In this document: in pieces, positions 51,988 to 62,640 of the stretch
Numbering within the stretch: the first letter of the stretch is position 1
Layout of the letters: each line of letters starts with the position of its first letter
Origin: a virus
Lineage: Duplodnaviria; Caudoviricetes
IMG/VR virus record: IMGVR_UViG_3300024346_000014
Coordinates: 61,650 to 125,649 of that record
Direction: 5' to 3' (one strand)
Length of the DNA: 64,000 nucleotides
The notes under the pieces: generated by a model
Told to the model about the DNA's origin: nothing
The model's input: the letters and a program-made list of their open reading frames with translations, nothing else
Database searches by the model: none
Made by a program: the position numbers and the translations under genes

Positions 51988-53952
51988 CTAAGAATTATAA
52001 AAATTTTTTGAAATTTTATTAATTTTATTTAAATGATTTACGTCAAATACACTTTTTTTATCGGAAGCTTTAAATTCTTTAGGGTTTAATTGATTATTTA
52101 GATCGTTTAGTCTGTCAAAATCAAAAGCCTTTTTTTCTGTTTTTACGTCTAATACTTTTTCGTAAAGTTCATTTTTATACTCTTCTGATGTATTTTCGTA
52201 TACTTCTCCTCCTATTTCCCAAAACTGAGGTGAATCAAAAAGAGGGGAAGTATTTACGCATGTCATAGCTAAGTCATCGTTTCCGCTTTGGCATCTATAA
52301 GAACCTCCTCTAGTTCTTCCAAATGAAGATAGTTCTAAATAAGTTTCATAACAAGTAATCAATATTTTATTAATTGATACGTAATATCTAAATTTTTCAC
52401 AGTACTTTAATTTGTTAGTTGGTCCTAGTCTTACTCCGGCCTTTATGTTTTTAGAAAGTTCTGTATGTTTAGTGTGAACCATTTGACCCCACCAATACTG
52501 TTCATTTAAAGAGAATCTATTATGTAAAATATCACCTTTATGATTTAGTTCTAAAACAATACGCACCTTTTCTGGATTAAATATATCGTATATTATTTTT
52601 TCACATGTTATAGAGAAATCATTAATGTTTAATGTGTTAGACCTAAATTTACCTACTTGAACCATAGACACGCAATCAAGTTCACTTTTAATATTATTTT
52701 TATGCTTGATTAGGTCTTTAATAGGTAATGTTACTATTTTAAAGATATTTAACACTGAGTAATCTTGATCCATTCCATCGGCTGTATCTATTGAAAACAC
52801 ATAATATGAAGGATCATTTTTAAAATCACTAAGTGTAAAATCTTTATATTTCTTATGAAAGCTTAGAAAATCATTTATATAAAAATCTTCTTCTTCTAAG
52901 TCTAGACTAGTATTGACATAATTAGATTGAAATGTTTCTAATTTTTGAAGATCATTTGAAGATAGTAGAAGCTGATCTGATGAAAAGAACTGTAAACCAT
53001 ATTCCTGATTGAAGTCTGTTTCAGATCCCATATTCGCTATGGTTTTTTTCTTCCAATCCTCGTCTCTTCCGGGTACTTGCCACCAATCTACTCTCATGGG
53101 GCTGTAGTCATTTTCTCCATCCACTGCATCTGACCATATATCCCAGAATTTGTTTCTTCCATTTGGAGTAGACGTTATGACTACTTTTGCGTAAGGATCT
53201 TCCGTTATAGTAGGTAAAATAGCTCTATAAAACTTATCTAAGTTAGATTCAGATATATGAGCAAATTCATCTATATACAAAAAGTTTACTGTCATACCAA
53301 TACCAGATTTTTTAGTAGTTGTTCTAAGAACTAATCTACAATCATTATCTAGCCTAATAGAAGACTCGTTTATTTTAACTATTCCAGGTTTCATAAAGAA
53401 AGGCAGATTATCTAAAACTATTCTTAGTTTCTCCATTATCTCCTTAGTGGTTGTCATATTATCGGCAACCATTAGTACGTTCTTTTCTTTATTAAACAAT
53501 AAAAACCATACTATGTATATAGCAGTCGTTACTGTTTTACCTATCTGTCTACTAGCCATTAATATGTTAAACTTGTTGTTGTGCATATTCTTAACTAATT
53601 GCTCTTGAAAATCTCGCAACCCTCCTGCGTCTTCGACTGACATGTCACCTTTCGGGGTTCTAATGAATGCAAACTTTTTAGAAAAATACATTGGGTCTGA
53701 TTTGCACTTTTGCATTTCTTGCCATTCTTCTTTAGTGTATTCAAAAGGTAAATTTGCTCTTTTTAATAAAATATCGTTTTCTTTAAATGGAGTATTTTGC
53801 ATTCCACGTATGTCCATTCCTTCTTGAGAAACTTTATGTATAATATCATTTACTTTTTTAGAATTCCATACATGATTATTATTGCCTTCTGAATTGAGAC
53901 TAGATAGTTTCAAGGAAGTAAAACCTCCTCCTTTTGATAATGGGTTTTGCAT
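51988..53952 (-). CDS. terL: terminase large subunit (T4 gp17-like)
   Basis: ASRQIGKT, LYIDEFAH, TSTPNG, FNQEY, IDTADG..QDYS, DDLAM. Confidence 0.95.
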   Translation of the reverse strand: MQNPLSKGGGFTSLKLSSLNSEGNNNHVWNSKKVNDIIHKVSQEGMDIRGMQNTPFKENDILLKRANLPFEYTKEEWQEMQKCKSDPMYFSKKFAFIRTPKGDMSVEDAGGLRDFQEQLVKNMHNNKFNILMASRQIGKTVTTAIYIVWFLLFNKEKNVLMVADNMTTTKEIMEKLRIVLDNLPFFMKPGIVKINESSIRLDNDCRLVLRTTTKKSGIGMTVNFLYIDEFAHISESNLDKFYRAILPTITEDPYAKVVITSTPNGRNKFWDIWSDAVDGENDYSPMRVDWWQVPGRDEDWKKKTIANMGSETDFNQEYGLQFFSSDQLLLSSNDLQKLETFQSNYVNTSLDLEEEDFYINDFLSFHKKYKDFTLSDFKNDPSYYVFSIDTADGMDQDYSVLNIFKIVTLPIKDLIKHKNNIKSELDCVSMVQVGKFRSNTLNINDFSITCEKIIYDIFNPEKVRIVLELNHKGDILHNRFSLNEQYWWGQMVHTKHTELSKNIKAGVRLGPTNKLKYCEKFRYYVSINKILITCYETYLELSSFGRTRGGSYRCQSGNDDLAMTCVNTSPLFDSPQFWEIGGEVYENTSEEYKNELYEKVLDVKTEKKAFDFDRLNDLNNQLNPKEFKASDKKSVFDVNHLNKINKISKNFYNS

Positions 53953-53957
53953 AGTTA

Positions 53958-54665
53958 TTAAATTATTTCAGTAACATCTATGAAATCTGAATCTCCACTT
54001 TCTTCTTCTATTTCTATGTTATTTTCTTTCATTAATTCTGTCTTTTTAGAAGGGTCTATTAAATCTGTATCTATTTCATATTCTTCAGAGGATTCAGGCA
54101 AACTTTCTACCATTGTTTTTGTTCCAACCGATATGAAGAATTCTCCTTCTTGATTTGAATTATTCAATGTATTATTAGAGTTTTTAGGATCTTCGTTATT
54201 TATTTTTTTGTAAGTTTCTTCTAGAAATAACATATGATTAGCCTGCGTTTGAACAAGGGTTTTTAATTTATCCTGTAATTGTCCAAATACTTCCATTAAC
54301 CTAGGAGCAGTGTTACCTGTTGTTATCTCCTCCATTATTTTAGTTATAGTAATCTTTAAAGTTTTTATCTGAAAGAAAATGTTTGACATATTAACTGTGT
54401 CCATTTCTTTTTTCAGTTTTATGTAATTGTTTTCTTCTAATACACCTAGTTCTACATAATATTCAAACAAAGAATCTGTTATGTCCTTTGCTTTTTTATT
54501 GAACTCTCTAGTCATTTCATCAAAATCGTAAGGACTTTCAGGTTTAGTTTCTTCAAGTAATTCTGAATCTACGTTTAAATCATTATGTTCTTCGTGATTT
54601 ATTCCACTTAACAAGTTTTCTATTTCGCTTTTTAAAGCTTTTCTATTCTCTTTGTCTTTGAGCAT
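53958..54665 (-). CDS. putative terminase small subunit
   Basis: Adjacent to terL; PRLMEVFGQL resembles the PR.yEV..L motif of T4-like gp16. Confidence 0.6.
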   Translation of the reverse strand: MLKDKENRKALKSEIENLLSGINHEEHNDLNVDSELLEETKPESPYDFDEMTREFNKKAKDITDSLFEYYVELGVLEENNYIKLKKEMDTVNMSNIFFQIKTLKITITKIMEEITTGNTAPRLMEVFGQLQDKLKTLVQTQANHMLFLEETYKKINNEDPKNSNNTLNNSNQEGEFFISVGTKTMVESLPESSEEYEIDTDLIDPSKKTELMKENNIEIEEESGDSDFIDVTEII

Positions 54666-54682
54666 ATTTAAATTTTAATACT

Positions 54683-54928
54683 TTATTTTATATCCCTTTC
54701 GTACTTATCTAAGGCAGGATTTGCAAATACTTTAATGGTTTTTACAGCTTCTATGTTTTCATACACGATATCATTTACGTTTTCTAAAAAAGTATCTAAA
54801 GTATCGTTTACTCCATACATTTGACTAGATAAAGTATTTTTTAAAATAGTATCCTTGTATTGATACCCTTTATTAATTAATTTCTTTTTTCTATTATACG
54901 CTGCTCTATATATGCTATCTTTAGTCAT
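54683..54928 (-). CDS. small baseplate-associated hypothetical protein
   Basis: 81 aa, coupled to wedge gene. Confidence 0.65.
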   Translation of the reverse strand: MTKDSIYRAAYNRKKKLINKGYQYKDTILKNTLSSQMYGVNDTLDTFLENVNDIVYENIEAVKTIKVFANPALDKYERDIK

Positions 54929-56589
54929 TAGTTATCAAAGGGCCTAGGCACTATTTTTTTAATTTGTATATTAATCGAACCCAATGCCTGATCAGATATA
55001 CCTTGTGAATATTCATTTCCATACCTGTCTTTAAATCCTCCTTGTATAATAGGGAGTTCATATTCTTTTATTATTATATCGTTAAATTCGTCTAGTCCTA
55101 TTAATTCAGAATTAGGATTATCCATAACTGCAATTTCATTAGCTTCTGAAACTATGTTTACATTAACAGAATCTATTCCATTAATGTCTTCTAATGTTCT
55201 TATTAAATCGCTTTTAGGTATTCGGTTCCTTCTTTTATTGGAAATAAAATAGTTTCCTAGATTATTGTAAATATCCCGTTTTATTATTTCAGTGGATACA
55301 TCATCAAATACAATAGTGTTTATATTAAGTACGTATTTTTTTATTAGCGGATCTACTATTCTGGTATCGGTTGATATTAGTTTAGAGCCAGTCATATTTA
55401 AATATCTTAATATTTCATTCTTTCTGAAATCGCTTAATATGAATTTAGAGGAGCTAACGTTAAAATAATCTTGACCTGTGTTAAATAAATTATTGATATC
55501 AGGCACTAAAAATAGATTTAATAATCGATTATCGTTAGTATCCAAAAATACGTTTATAATAGAAAATATTTTAAGCCTAGTTAAAACAGCTATATAATGA
55601 TCTATATTAACTAAAGCGAAACTTTTAGACTGCTTTGGTGCAATAAGTCTAGTTAATTCTGAATCTTCAGGATTTGCTCCAAACTGTGGAGAGTTAATCG
55701 TATTAATTGCAATATACTCATTTAAGTCAACTTCATTTCCTACTAATGTAAAACCAGTGTCTGCCCATTCAAATAAGACCTGTGAAGTTTGTTCTGTTGT
55801 TATGTTTCCAGAAGCTCCACTGTTTACTAAATATTGAACTTTTATCTCAGAGCCTTCTACGGGAATTCTTCCAAAGAAATTGTTTCCAAAGAATACATCA
55901 ACTCCGGTAGTGATTCCTGTTTTTACAATATATCCTTTTTCACCTCTAGGTATATCTAATATAGAATTAAATTTTTTCCACTTTTCTCCATTTACATATA
56001 CGTCAACTAAGTAATTATCAACTAGAAAATTCTGAGCTGAGTTAATAGAAAAACTTTCTATTTCTTCGCCTTTAGCCACTAATGTTTGTGTTTCAATATT
56101 ACCTTGAAGTATTTTCATGGAGAGACCGTTATTAACTCCTTTCATTGAAAACTTAATATCATCTTGTGAAAGGCTTAATACATACATTAGCCCGTTATTG
56201 TTAGACTTTATTTTTGTTAAGTTTGGAATTATCACAGTATCAAAATCGGCAGTTGCTGATTCTGAGGTAGTAGATATACTTATCTGTCCACTTGCAGATA
56301 TAGCTCTACTTGGACTATGTCCAGCTAGTGTAGCTAAAGAATAAATGGAAGATACCCTGGTTGCTTCTTCCATACTCAATTCAGTTATAGCATCTTCTAT
56401 GTAATAAAAAATCATTTGACTTAAATTTTCTAGAACTAAAAGAAGCTGCCCAAAAGGACTGGCCGCGGTAAATACCTGTAGACTTTGACTAAACTTAGTA
56501 GAAAGATATTCTATAGTTTGCTTAAGCATTAACTGTACAGAATAATCTAATGATTTAAATATTTTCCAATTCGATGCCGTTGTAGCCAT
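54928..56589 (-). CDS. baseplate wedge subunit (T4 gp6-like)
   Basis: ASPFGQLL...EEATRVSSIYSLA.L.G, FFGNNFFGRIP, V.YL...GASGN, GANPED; GATAAATA at 56607-56614 (-). Confidence 0.82.
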   Translation of the reverse strand: MATTASNWKIFKSLDYSVQLMLKQTIEYLSTKFSQSLQVFTAASPFGQLLLVLENLSQMIFYYIEDAITELSMEEATRVSSIYSLATLAGHSPSRAISASGQISISTTSESATADFDTVIIPNLTKIKSNNNGLMYVLSLSQDDIKFSMKGVNNGLSMKILQGNIETQTLVAKGEEIESFSINSAQNFLVDNYLVDVYVNGEKWKKFNSILDIPRGEKGYIVKTGITTGVDVFFGNNFFGRIPVEGSEIKVQYLVNSGASGNITTEQTSQVLFEWADTGFTLVGNEVDLNEYIAINTINSPQFGANPEDSELTRLIAPKQSKSFALVNIDHYIAVLTRLKIFSIINVFLDTNDNRLLNLFLVPDINNLFNTGQDYFNVSSSKFILSDFRKNEILRYLNMTGSKLISTDTRIVDPLIKKYVLNINTIVFDDVSTEIIKRDIYNNLGNYFISNKRRNRIPKSDLIRTLEDINGIDSVNVNIVSEANEIAVMDNPNSELIGLDEFNDIIIKEYELPIIQGGFKDRYGNEYSQGISDQALGSINIQIKKIVPRPFDN

Positions 56590-56652
56590 TAGAGTGTATT
56601 TTTTTTTATTTATCTTTATTTTTTATTTAGTATAATATATAAAAGTTTTAAA

Positions 56653-56877
56653 ATGAAAATTATAATAAAAGATTATTCTAATAAATTAGATACGCTTCCT
56701 GAATTAATAGTTAAGAAAGAATTTGAATTCGCTTGGAGATATGAAACAGGTGTTTATCAGTTAGCAAACTATCCAACAAAAACACATTTATACGATATAC
56801 TAGACGAACAGGCTTTCGTGTCAGGTAAAGAAGTATGGATTCATAAAGATGAAGTGTCTATACAAATAGTTAATTAG
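56653..56877 (+). CDS. hypothetical protein
   Basis: 74 aa after GTATAAT 56630-56636. Confidence 0.65.
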   Translation: MKIIIKDYSNKLDTLPELIVKKEFEFAWRYETGVYQLANYPTKTHLYDILDEQAFVSGKEVWIHKDEVSIQIVN

Positions 56878-56922
56878 CAAAAAAAATCACGAGAATAGGA
56901 TAAATAATAAAAAACATTACTC

Positions 56923-58251
56923 GTGTATAATAATATAGAAAATAAGTTTCTTTTTGATAATACTAATGTAGGATTTACATTTCAATTTTTCTCACCTTTA
57001 TCTAGAAAAAAGATATCTTCTAAATTAGGAAAATATCTAGGTAAGAACGTAATATCTTTAGATAACAAATCTAAAATAAGATTTGTAGATGAGACTATTT
57101 ATATATCACCTGACTTTGAAGGAGGACATAGGATGAATAGAATAGATACAGATCTAATGCCTTATCATGAGGCCGTTCATATAATGTTAAAATGTCTTAA
57201 TTTTATAAATGAGAATGGGTTTACAAACAGTAGATCTAATATGAATATCAAGGTTTCATTAAACGAAATGGACTTAAATCTTGATAATAAATTAGAAACA
57301 TTAAATAAATTCAAATATATATTAAACATAAACGAAAAAAACATATTTGACATGTGGCCAGAATCTTCATCTGAAAAGCAAAAGATTCATCAAAGTAAAG
57401 CCATTTTTGTTTATCCAAAGGAGTTATACGCAAGTAGACTGACGGGATCTCTTTTAGAGAAAGCTAATCCTATGGAATATAACTTTCCAAGGTCATCTAA
57501 TTTTGGAACAGATTTTTCTAAAATACAAGAAGGTTATCTGTCAATAAAATATGCTGGTGGAAAAAATTACCAAAGAAAGAAGAAAGAGTCTGTTAAATTA
57601 ATAAATTACACGGCTGAGCATTTATATGAAACTTTAAAAAATAACTTTTCTTTTAACATAGATGAAAAGAGAAAAATTCAGAAATTACTTGAAAGATATC
57701 AAAGAGTAATCGACAACACTAAAACGTATGATACTTTTAAACATAATTATCCGGACATACATTTAGTAGTTGATTTGACTAGACATTCTTTTTTAGTAGA
57801 ATCTAATTATCCGGTTATTAGAAACAAGTTATTTGAATTGATATCATGCTGTGAAATGAATAAGGCTATCATAAATTTTGACACAGCTAGAAAAAGAGTC
57901 CAAGTAAAAGATGCTAGGATAAAAAAAGGTTTTTCTTTATCTAATATGGACTTTTTTAACTGTCATATAGAAGCTGATTTAGAAGACTGTTTATTTGAGC
58001 AGTGTATTATTAGGAATTCTAATATAAAAGAAAGTAATTTACATTCAAATAACGATATAAAATATTCTAAAATATTCGACTGCACATATGGAGGATATTT
58101 AAATGAAATAAAGTCTTCATCAATATATAGTAATTTAGATAATATAATAAATGCCGATTTAGAGAATTGTGTAGTTTTCGATGGCAATTTCTCTAAAGAG
58201 TCTCGAATAGACGATAAAACAGAGTTAATAAATAAGTCTCGCAATAATTAA
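56923..58251 (+). CDS. amidoligase-fold protein (catalytic residues degenerate) with C-terminal beta-helix
   Basis: GFTFQF, PDFEGG, MPY.EA, ENGFT, YLSIKYAGGKNY; GATAAATA at 56899-56906. Confidence 0.55.
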   Translation: MYNNIENKFLFDNTNVGFTFQFFSPLSRKKISSKLGKYLGKNVISLDNKSKIRFVDETIYISPDFEGGHRMNRIDTDLMPYHEAVHIMLKCLNFINENGFTNSRSNMNIKVSLNEMDLNLDNKLETLNKFKYILNINEKNIFDMWPESSSEKQKIHQSKAIFVYPKELYASRLTGSLLEKANPMEYNFPRSSNFGTDFSKIQEGYLSIKYAGGKNYQRKKKESVKLINYTAEHLYETLKNNFSFNIDEKRKIQKLLERYQRVIDNTKTYDTFKHNYPDIHLVVDLTRHSFLVESNYPVIRNKLFELISCCEMNKAIINFDTARKRVQVKDARIKKGFSLSNMDFFNCHIEADLEDCLFEQCIIRNSNIKESNLHSNNDIKYSKIFDCTYGGYLNEIKSSSIYSNLDNIINADLENCVVFDGNFSKESRIDDKTELINKSRNN

Positions 58252-58295
58252 CTATGTATATTATAATAAATAAAAAAAAATAGTAGGACTGATAA

Positions 58296-60038
58296 ATGGC
58301 TATATATTCTAAACTTTCAAATATAAGAAAATTAACTAATTCAAGCTTAGGTTCAATTGTAGAGGTTTCTAACCTTAATTTTAATGACTTGTCACTTGCG
58401 TTACTTGAGTTTTTAAATAACGTTTCATATAACGAAAAAACTAATGTTATAGAAGACATAGATGGTATTAATGTTAAACAAATCAATGTTAAAAATAATT
58501 TTAGTTTAAAATTAAACGGAGCAACTACATTTAATATAGATTCTCAAGGTAGAGCTGAGGGTAATTCCTTTTTAGTGGAAATAGCTGAAGCTAAGCGGTA
58601 TAGACATACTGACTTTATAAACTGGCCCGATGTAGGCATACCTGGAGAAATAATATACACAGGTATTCAAAATCAAAAGCCTGCGTTTGGAGAAGACTTC
58701 ATAGGCTACTTAGATGGAAAAGGCTGGGTAAGCTTAACAGGCGAAGGAGGAGCCTCATATGCTCTTACGTTATTACAAAACACGGGTAGTCCAGGTTTAC
58801 CGCCAACGCCATCTACTGGATCAGGCATTGTATGGATTGGAGACCCAGGTTTAGCAACTACATATACACCAACTACACAAGATTTATATTTTACAGATGA
58901 AAGTGGTGAAATATTTAAACTCACATGTTGCGACGGAAGTGGCGGAGGAGGTTCGGTAACTACCAAAGATATGCTATGGGGACTAATTACTAATTTCGCA
59001 GTTGGATCAGTTCCTGAATATGTAGATTGGGCAGGTACTTTAAGTCCTACCGGAACACATAATTCAGTACTGCCTATTCCTTTTGATTTAAAAATAAAAG
59101 GTATAGTTTTAAAATACTTAGATACAACAGCGGCTAGTGTAGATGCTTTATTTGACTATGACGTAAGTATAGGTAAATTAATCGACCCAAATGGCGTAGC
59201 TGACGATACTAATTATGTTGACTTAGTAGGTGGTTCTAATGTTTTAACGTTAAATACGGCTAATGTTGATGGAAATCACTTTCTTATAGAAACAAGTGGA
59301 TTAGATATAGATGTCAGTAGCGGAGATATTCTTGTAGTGAAAGGTACCGTTTTAGCAGGAAGCAGTACAGGTGGATCAAATGAAGAAATAATGGTATCTT
59401 TAGAATATGAAAAAACATATTCAGGAGGAGGAGGAGGAAGCACTGAAAACGTATCTTATGTAGAAATAACAAATTTTAACGCAAATATAACTAAGACTAT
59501 AACACATGGATTAGGAACAAATGCAGTTGTCGTAGATTTAATAGATACAGTAACCGGAGATAGAATAGATGGTGATATAGATGCGTATGGAGTAAACTCT
59601 ATAGATATAACTTTTACTCAAACACTATCTAGTGTAAGAATAGTTGTAGTATCTGCTGGAGGCTCTATTATTTCACCTAGTGCTACTTATACATATAATT
59701 CAGCCGATATACTAGCAAACAATACAGTAGATTTACTACCCGCTCCTTTATCAAATGAGTACTATGAATTCGAAATTACATGGGAATACCATTTTGGAAC
59801 TACTGCATATATTGTAGGTGGAGGAATTGGGGCTGGAGGTTTTCAAGTACCTAGTTCTCAACAAGTTTTTGTTTCAGGAATCATGTCAAGCGGAGGTGCA
59901 GATGCAATAGTAGGATACGCTACAGGTACGAATAACTTAGGTTCTGCTTTACAGTTTCAAATGTGGCCAGGAACTGCATGTACTGGAGGAGATGGGCAAT
60001 TGGTTATTAAAATTAGCTACAATACAATTACATTTTAA
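58296..60038 (+). CDS. tail/baseplate appendage structural protein
   Basis: 580 aa, Gly linkers, ITHGLGT..V.V domain; AATAAATA at 58265-58272. Confidence 0.7.
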   Translation: MAIYSKLSNIRKLTNSSLGSIVEVSNLNFNDLSLALLEFLNNVSYNEKTNVIEDIDGINVKQINVKNNFSLKLNGATTFNIDSQGRAEGNSFLVEIAEAKRYRHTDFINWPDVGIPGEIIYTGIQNQKPAFGEDFIGYLDGKGWVSLTGEGGASYALTLLQNTGSPGLPPTPSTGSGIVWIGDPGLATTYTPTTQDLYFTDESGEIFKLTCCDGSGGGGSVTTKDMLWGLITNFAVGSVPEYVDWAGTLSPTGTHNSVLPIPFDLKIKGIVLKYLDTTAASVDALFDYDVSIGKLIDPNGVADDTNYVDLVGGSNVLTLNTANVDGNHFLIETSGLDIDVSSGDILVVKGTVLAGSSTGGSNEEIMVSLEYEKTYSGGGGGSTENVSYVEITNFNANITKTITHGLGTNAVVVDLIDTVTGDRIDGDIDAYGVNSIDITFTQTLSSVRIVVVSAGGSIISPSATYTYNSADILANNTVDLLPAPLSNEYYEFEITWEYHFGTTAYIVGGGIGAGGFQVPSSQQVFVSGIMSSGGADAIVGYATGTNNLGSALQFQMWPGTACTGGDGQLVIKISYNTITF

Positions 60039-60132
60039 ATAAAGTTTAAACTATATCTAATTTAAACGTTAGTATTATGTCATAAACTTTAAAGGCATAT
60101 TTAGATAAATAAACTAAATAAGTCTTATACGT

Positions 60133-62598
60133 ATGCCAGCTAAAATCACTAGAAAATACATAAATCTATCGGTAGATAAACTAACCATTGGAAATGGAGC
60201 ATTTACTTTGCCTATAACTGATGGAAGTTTAGGTCAAATTTTGGTAACAGACGGAGTTGGAAACTTAACATGGGAAAATGCATCCAGTTCTTTTCAAAGT
60301 TTAGAAGACACATTAACTATAGGAAACATAACTGGTGCTCAAGACATTGACATATCACTAGGAACAGAAATATCATTTGACGGAGGCCCTGTTAAAATTT
60401 ATAGAGACACCGACCCTGCATTAAACATATTAAATTTAGAAGGAGCAAAAGAGATTAATGCGACCACATCATTGATTTCTCTAGTATTAGGCGTTCAAGC
60501 TAATTTTAGAGATGATTCTTCACCGACAGGCCATCGTATAATGTTAGAAATGATAGGAGCTACTGGTCCTTTCATAAGAGGTGTTAATGGAACCACTGGT
60601 TTTCAAGGAAGACTTGAATTAGCACAATCAACATCTCCTTATGATCTAACTGCTAATAGAAGATGGTACATGCCAGACGAAAACGGAACAGTGATGGTTG
60701 GAGAAGCTTTTAATACACTAGTTGCAAATCCAACCTCTTCAGAAAACGGATATTCTTTAATTTGGAATGATTCAGCAGGTGAATTTACTTTAGCGAACGT
60801 TTCAGGTGGAGGATTAGTTATAGGAAGCACTATAACAGGTGGTACAGCTAACTCTGTTTTATTCGTAGGAGCAATGGGAGAGCTGCAACAAGACAATGCT
60901 AATTTTGCATATAACGATACTTTAAATAGATTGGGTGTTGGAACAAATACGCCTCAACAAGAAGTTCATATAAAAGGGGATTCGGCCATACTTAGATTAG
61001 AGACAGTGAGCACGTTAGGTAAAAATTTCATAGACTTTTATGATAACGTTGGTGAAAAAGGATATATTGGGTATGGAAGTACCGTTAACGATAATTTTGT
61101 AATAGCTAATAAAGAAAACGGAGGAAAAATTCAATTTCTTAGCACAGATGCTTTAGGATCAACAAGTACCGGGCTAGTAATAGATGAAGATAGTGAAATT
61201 GAAATGTCAGCGCTCTCAGGGATAGGAACTAGAATGGTAACAGCAGATGCAACCGGTATTCTTTCAACACAAGCAATACCGTCGGGAATTGCTATAGGAG
61301 ATTTAGTATCTGGAAGCAATCAATTAAGGAACCTTACAATAGATACAAGCAATAACCTAGCAGTAGGCCGTTTAATGGACAATGGATCAACGTTAGGTAT
61401 AAACAGTTTAGCCAGTAACATTTATTTTTTAATAGCAAACAATGGACAAGTAGACACAACCATGCAGCTAAGTCAAAATTCTACTATAAGCACTGCGAAT
61501 AGTGTAGGTTTAAACGTATCTTCTAATGGAATTAGTTCTACGTCAATGACTGGTATAAAAATTGGATTACATGGAAATGCAAATGTTAATAACTCCGATA
61601 TAGGCTTACTTAGTTGTATACAAAATCATCCTAATAATAAAACATCAAGCGCTGGAAACTGGACAATTATGAATAATGCTACTAATGTAAGCAATAAATC
61701 AGGTTCAATAATTCAATCAGGCGGTACTCACGTAACAAGTGGAAGTTTACCAAAAGTATACGGAATACAAGCAGCAATAAACGATATAAACACAACATCT
61801 TTATTTGGATCGCTTATTACTGTTAACGGAGATGGTGTAAATAACACTGGATCTAGAATTTATATGAACCCAGGGTCTACTGGAACTAATATGACAGGTA
61901 CTGAAACTGAGTTAGTAAGCACTAGCGGAGCTTCTTTAACAAGTGTATTAGGTGGAAATATTGCTATAAATACAAATTCTACCCTTAACATTGGAATGAA
62001 AATAAATGTTCAAGGAGGATCTAACAATTATTCTTTAAAATTAGAAGATGGAAAAGAAGGAAGTGGTAAAATTCTTACGTCAGATTCTCAGGGTAACGCT
62101 AGTTGGGAAAGAAATAAAGGGTTAATATCAACGATAGGAATAGAAATATGGCAAGGAAAAAAGATAAGTTACGCAGGCACTGGTCGAATATTTTTTATAA
62201 ACTACACAATACCCGCTGATATAACGATCGCTACTGCTAAAATGGCATTTGCAGTTACCGGAAATGGTATCACATGTTGTGCAATATATAGAGGATCAGG
62301 ACCGACTGCTGTGTTAGTAGGACAGAGCAATCAAGTAACTAATCCCAATGATGTGCAATCATATACAATGACAGCTGAAGTAGGACAAAACCTATCATTT
62401 ACCGGAGGAGAAGATGCGGTATTAGCAGTTTCATTAGACTCAAATGTTTCTACGCCATATGGTATAGAGTGTCCAGATACCCTTTCAGTAGCATGGTTTG
62501 AAGAAACAGAAGTAATTAGTGGAGGATCTTTTCCAGCAACAGCTTCACAGCAAGATGGGGAAATAGACGAAATGCCAGTTATACAATTTTTTGCTTAA
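60133..62598 (+). CDS. tail/head fibre protein 1
   Basis: LPITDGSLGQILVTDG.G.L.W, RLGVGTNTP...VHI, GKILTSD..GNASW; GATAAATA at 60104-60111. Confidence 0.8.
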   Translation: MPAKITRKYINLSVDKLTIGNGAFTLPITDGSLGQILVTDGVGNLTWENASSSFQSLEDTLTIGNITGAQDIDISLGTEISFDGGPVKIYRDTDPALNILNLEGAKEINATTSLISLVLGVQANFRDDSSPTGHRIMLEMIGATGPFIRGVNGTTGFQGRLELAQSTSPYDLTANRRWYMPDENGTVMVGEAFNTLVANPTSSENGYSLIWNDSAGEFTLANVSGGGLVIGSTITGGTANSVLFVGAMGELQQDNANFAYNDTLNRLGVGTNTPQQEVHIKGDSAILRLETVSTLGKNFIDFYDNVGEKGYIGYGSTVNDNFVIANKENGGKIQFLSTDALGSTSTGLVIDEDSEIEMSALSGIGTRMVTADATGILSTQAIPSGIAIGDLVSGSNQLRNLTIDTSNNLAVGRLMDNGSTLGINSLASNIYFLIANNGQVDTTMQLSQNSTISTANSVGLNVSSNGISSTSMTGIKIGLHGNANVNNSDIGLLSCIQNHPNNKTSSAGNWTIMNNATNVSNKSGSIIQSGGTHVTSGSLPKVYGIQAAINDINTTSLFGSLITVNGDGVNNTGSRIYMNPGSTGTNMTGTETELVSTSGASLTSVLGGNIAINTNSTLNIGMKINVQGGSNNYSLKLEDGKEGSGKILTSDSQGNASWERNKGLISTIGIEIWQGKKISYAGTGRIFFINYTIPADITIATAKMAFAVTGNGITCCAIYRGSGPTAVLVGQSNQVTNPNDVQSYTMTAEVGQNLSFTGGEDAVLAVSLDSNVSTPYGIECPDTLSVAWFEETEVISGGSFPATASQQDGEIDEMPVIQFFA

Positions 62599-62640
62599 AT
62601 AATAATGTTATTAGAAAAATAAATTAAATGAATTTTAAAT

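Noticed and set aside
51988-53952. Intein or intron in the terminase
   Set aside because: Motifs are contiguous at normal spacing and no splice-junction motifs were seen
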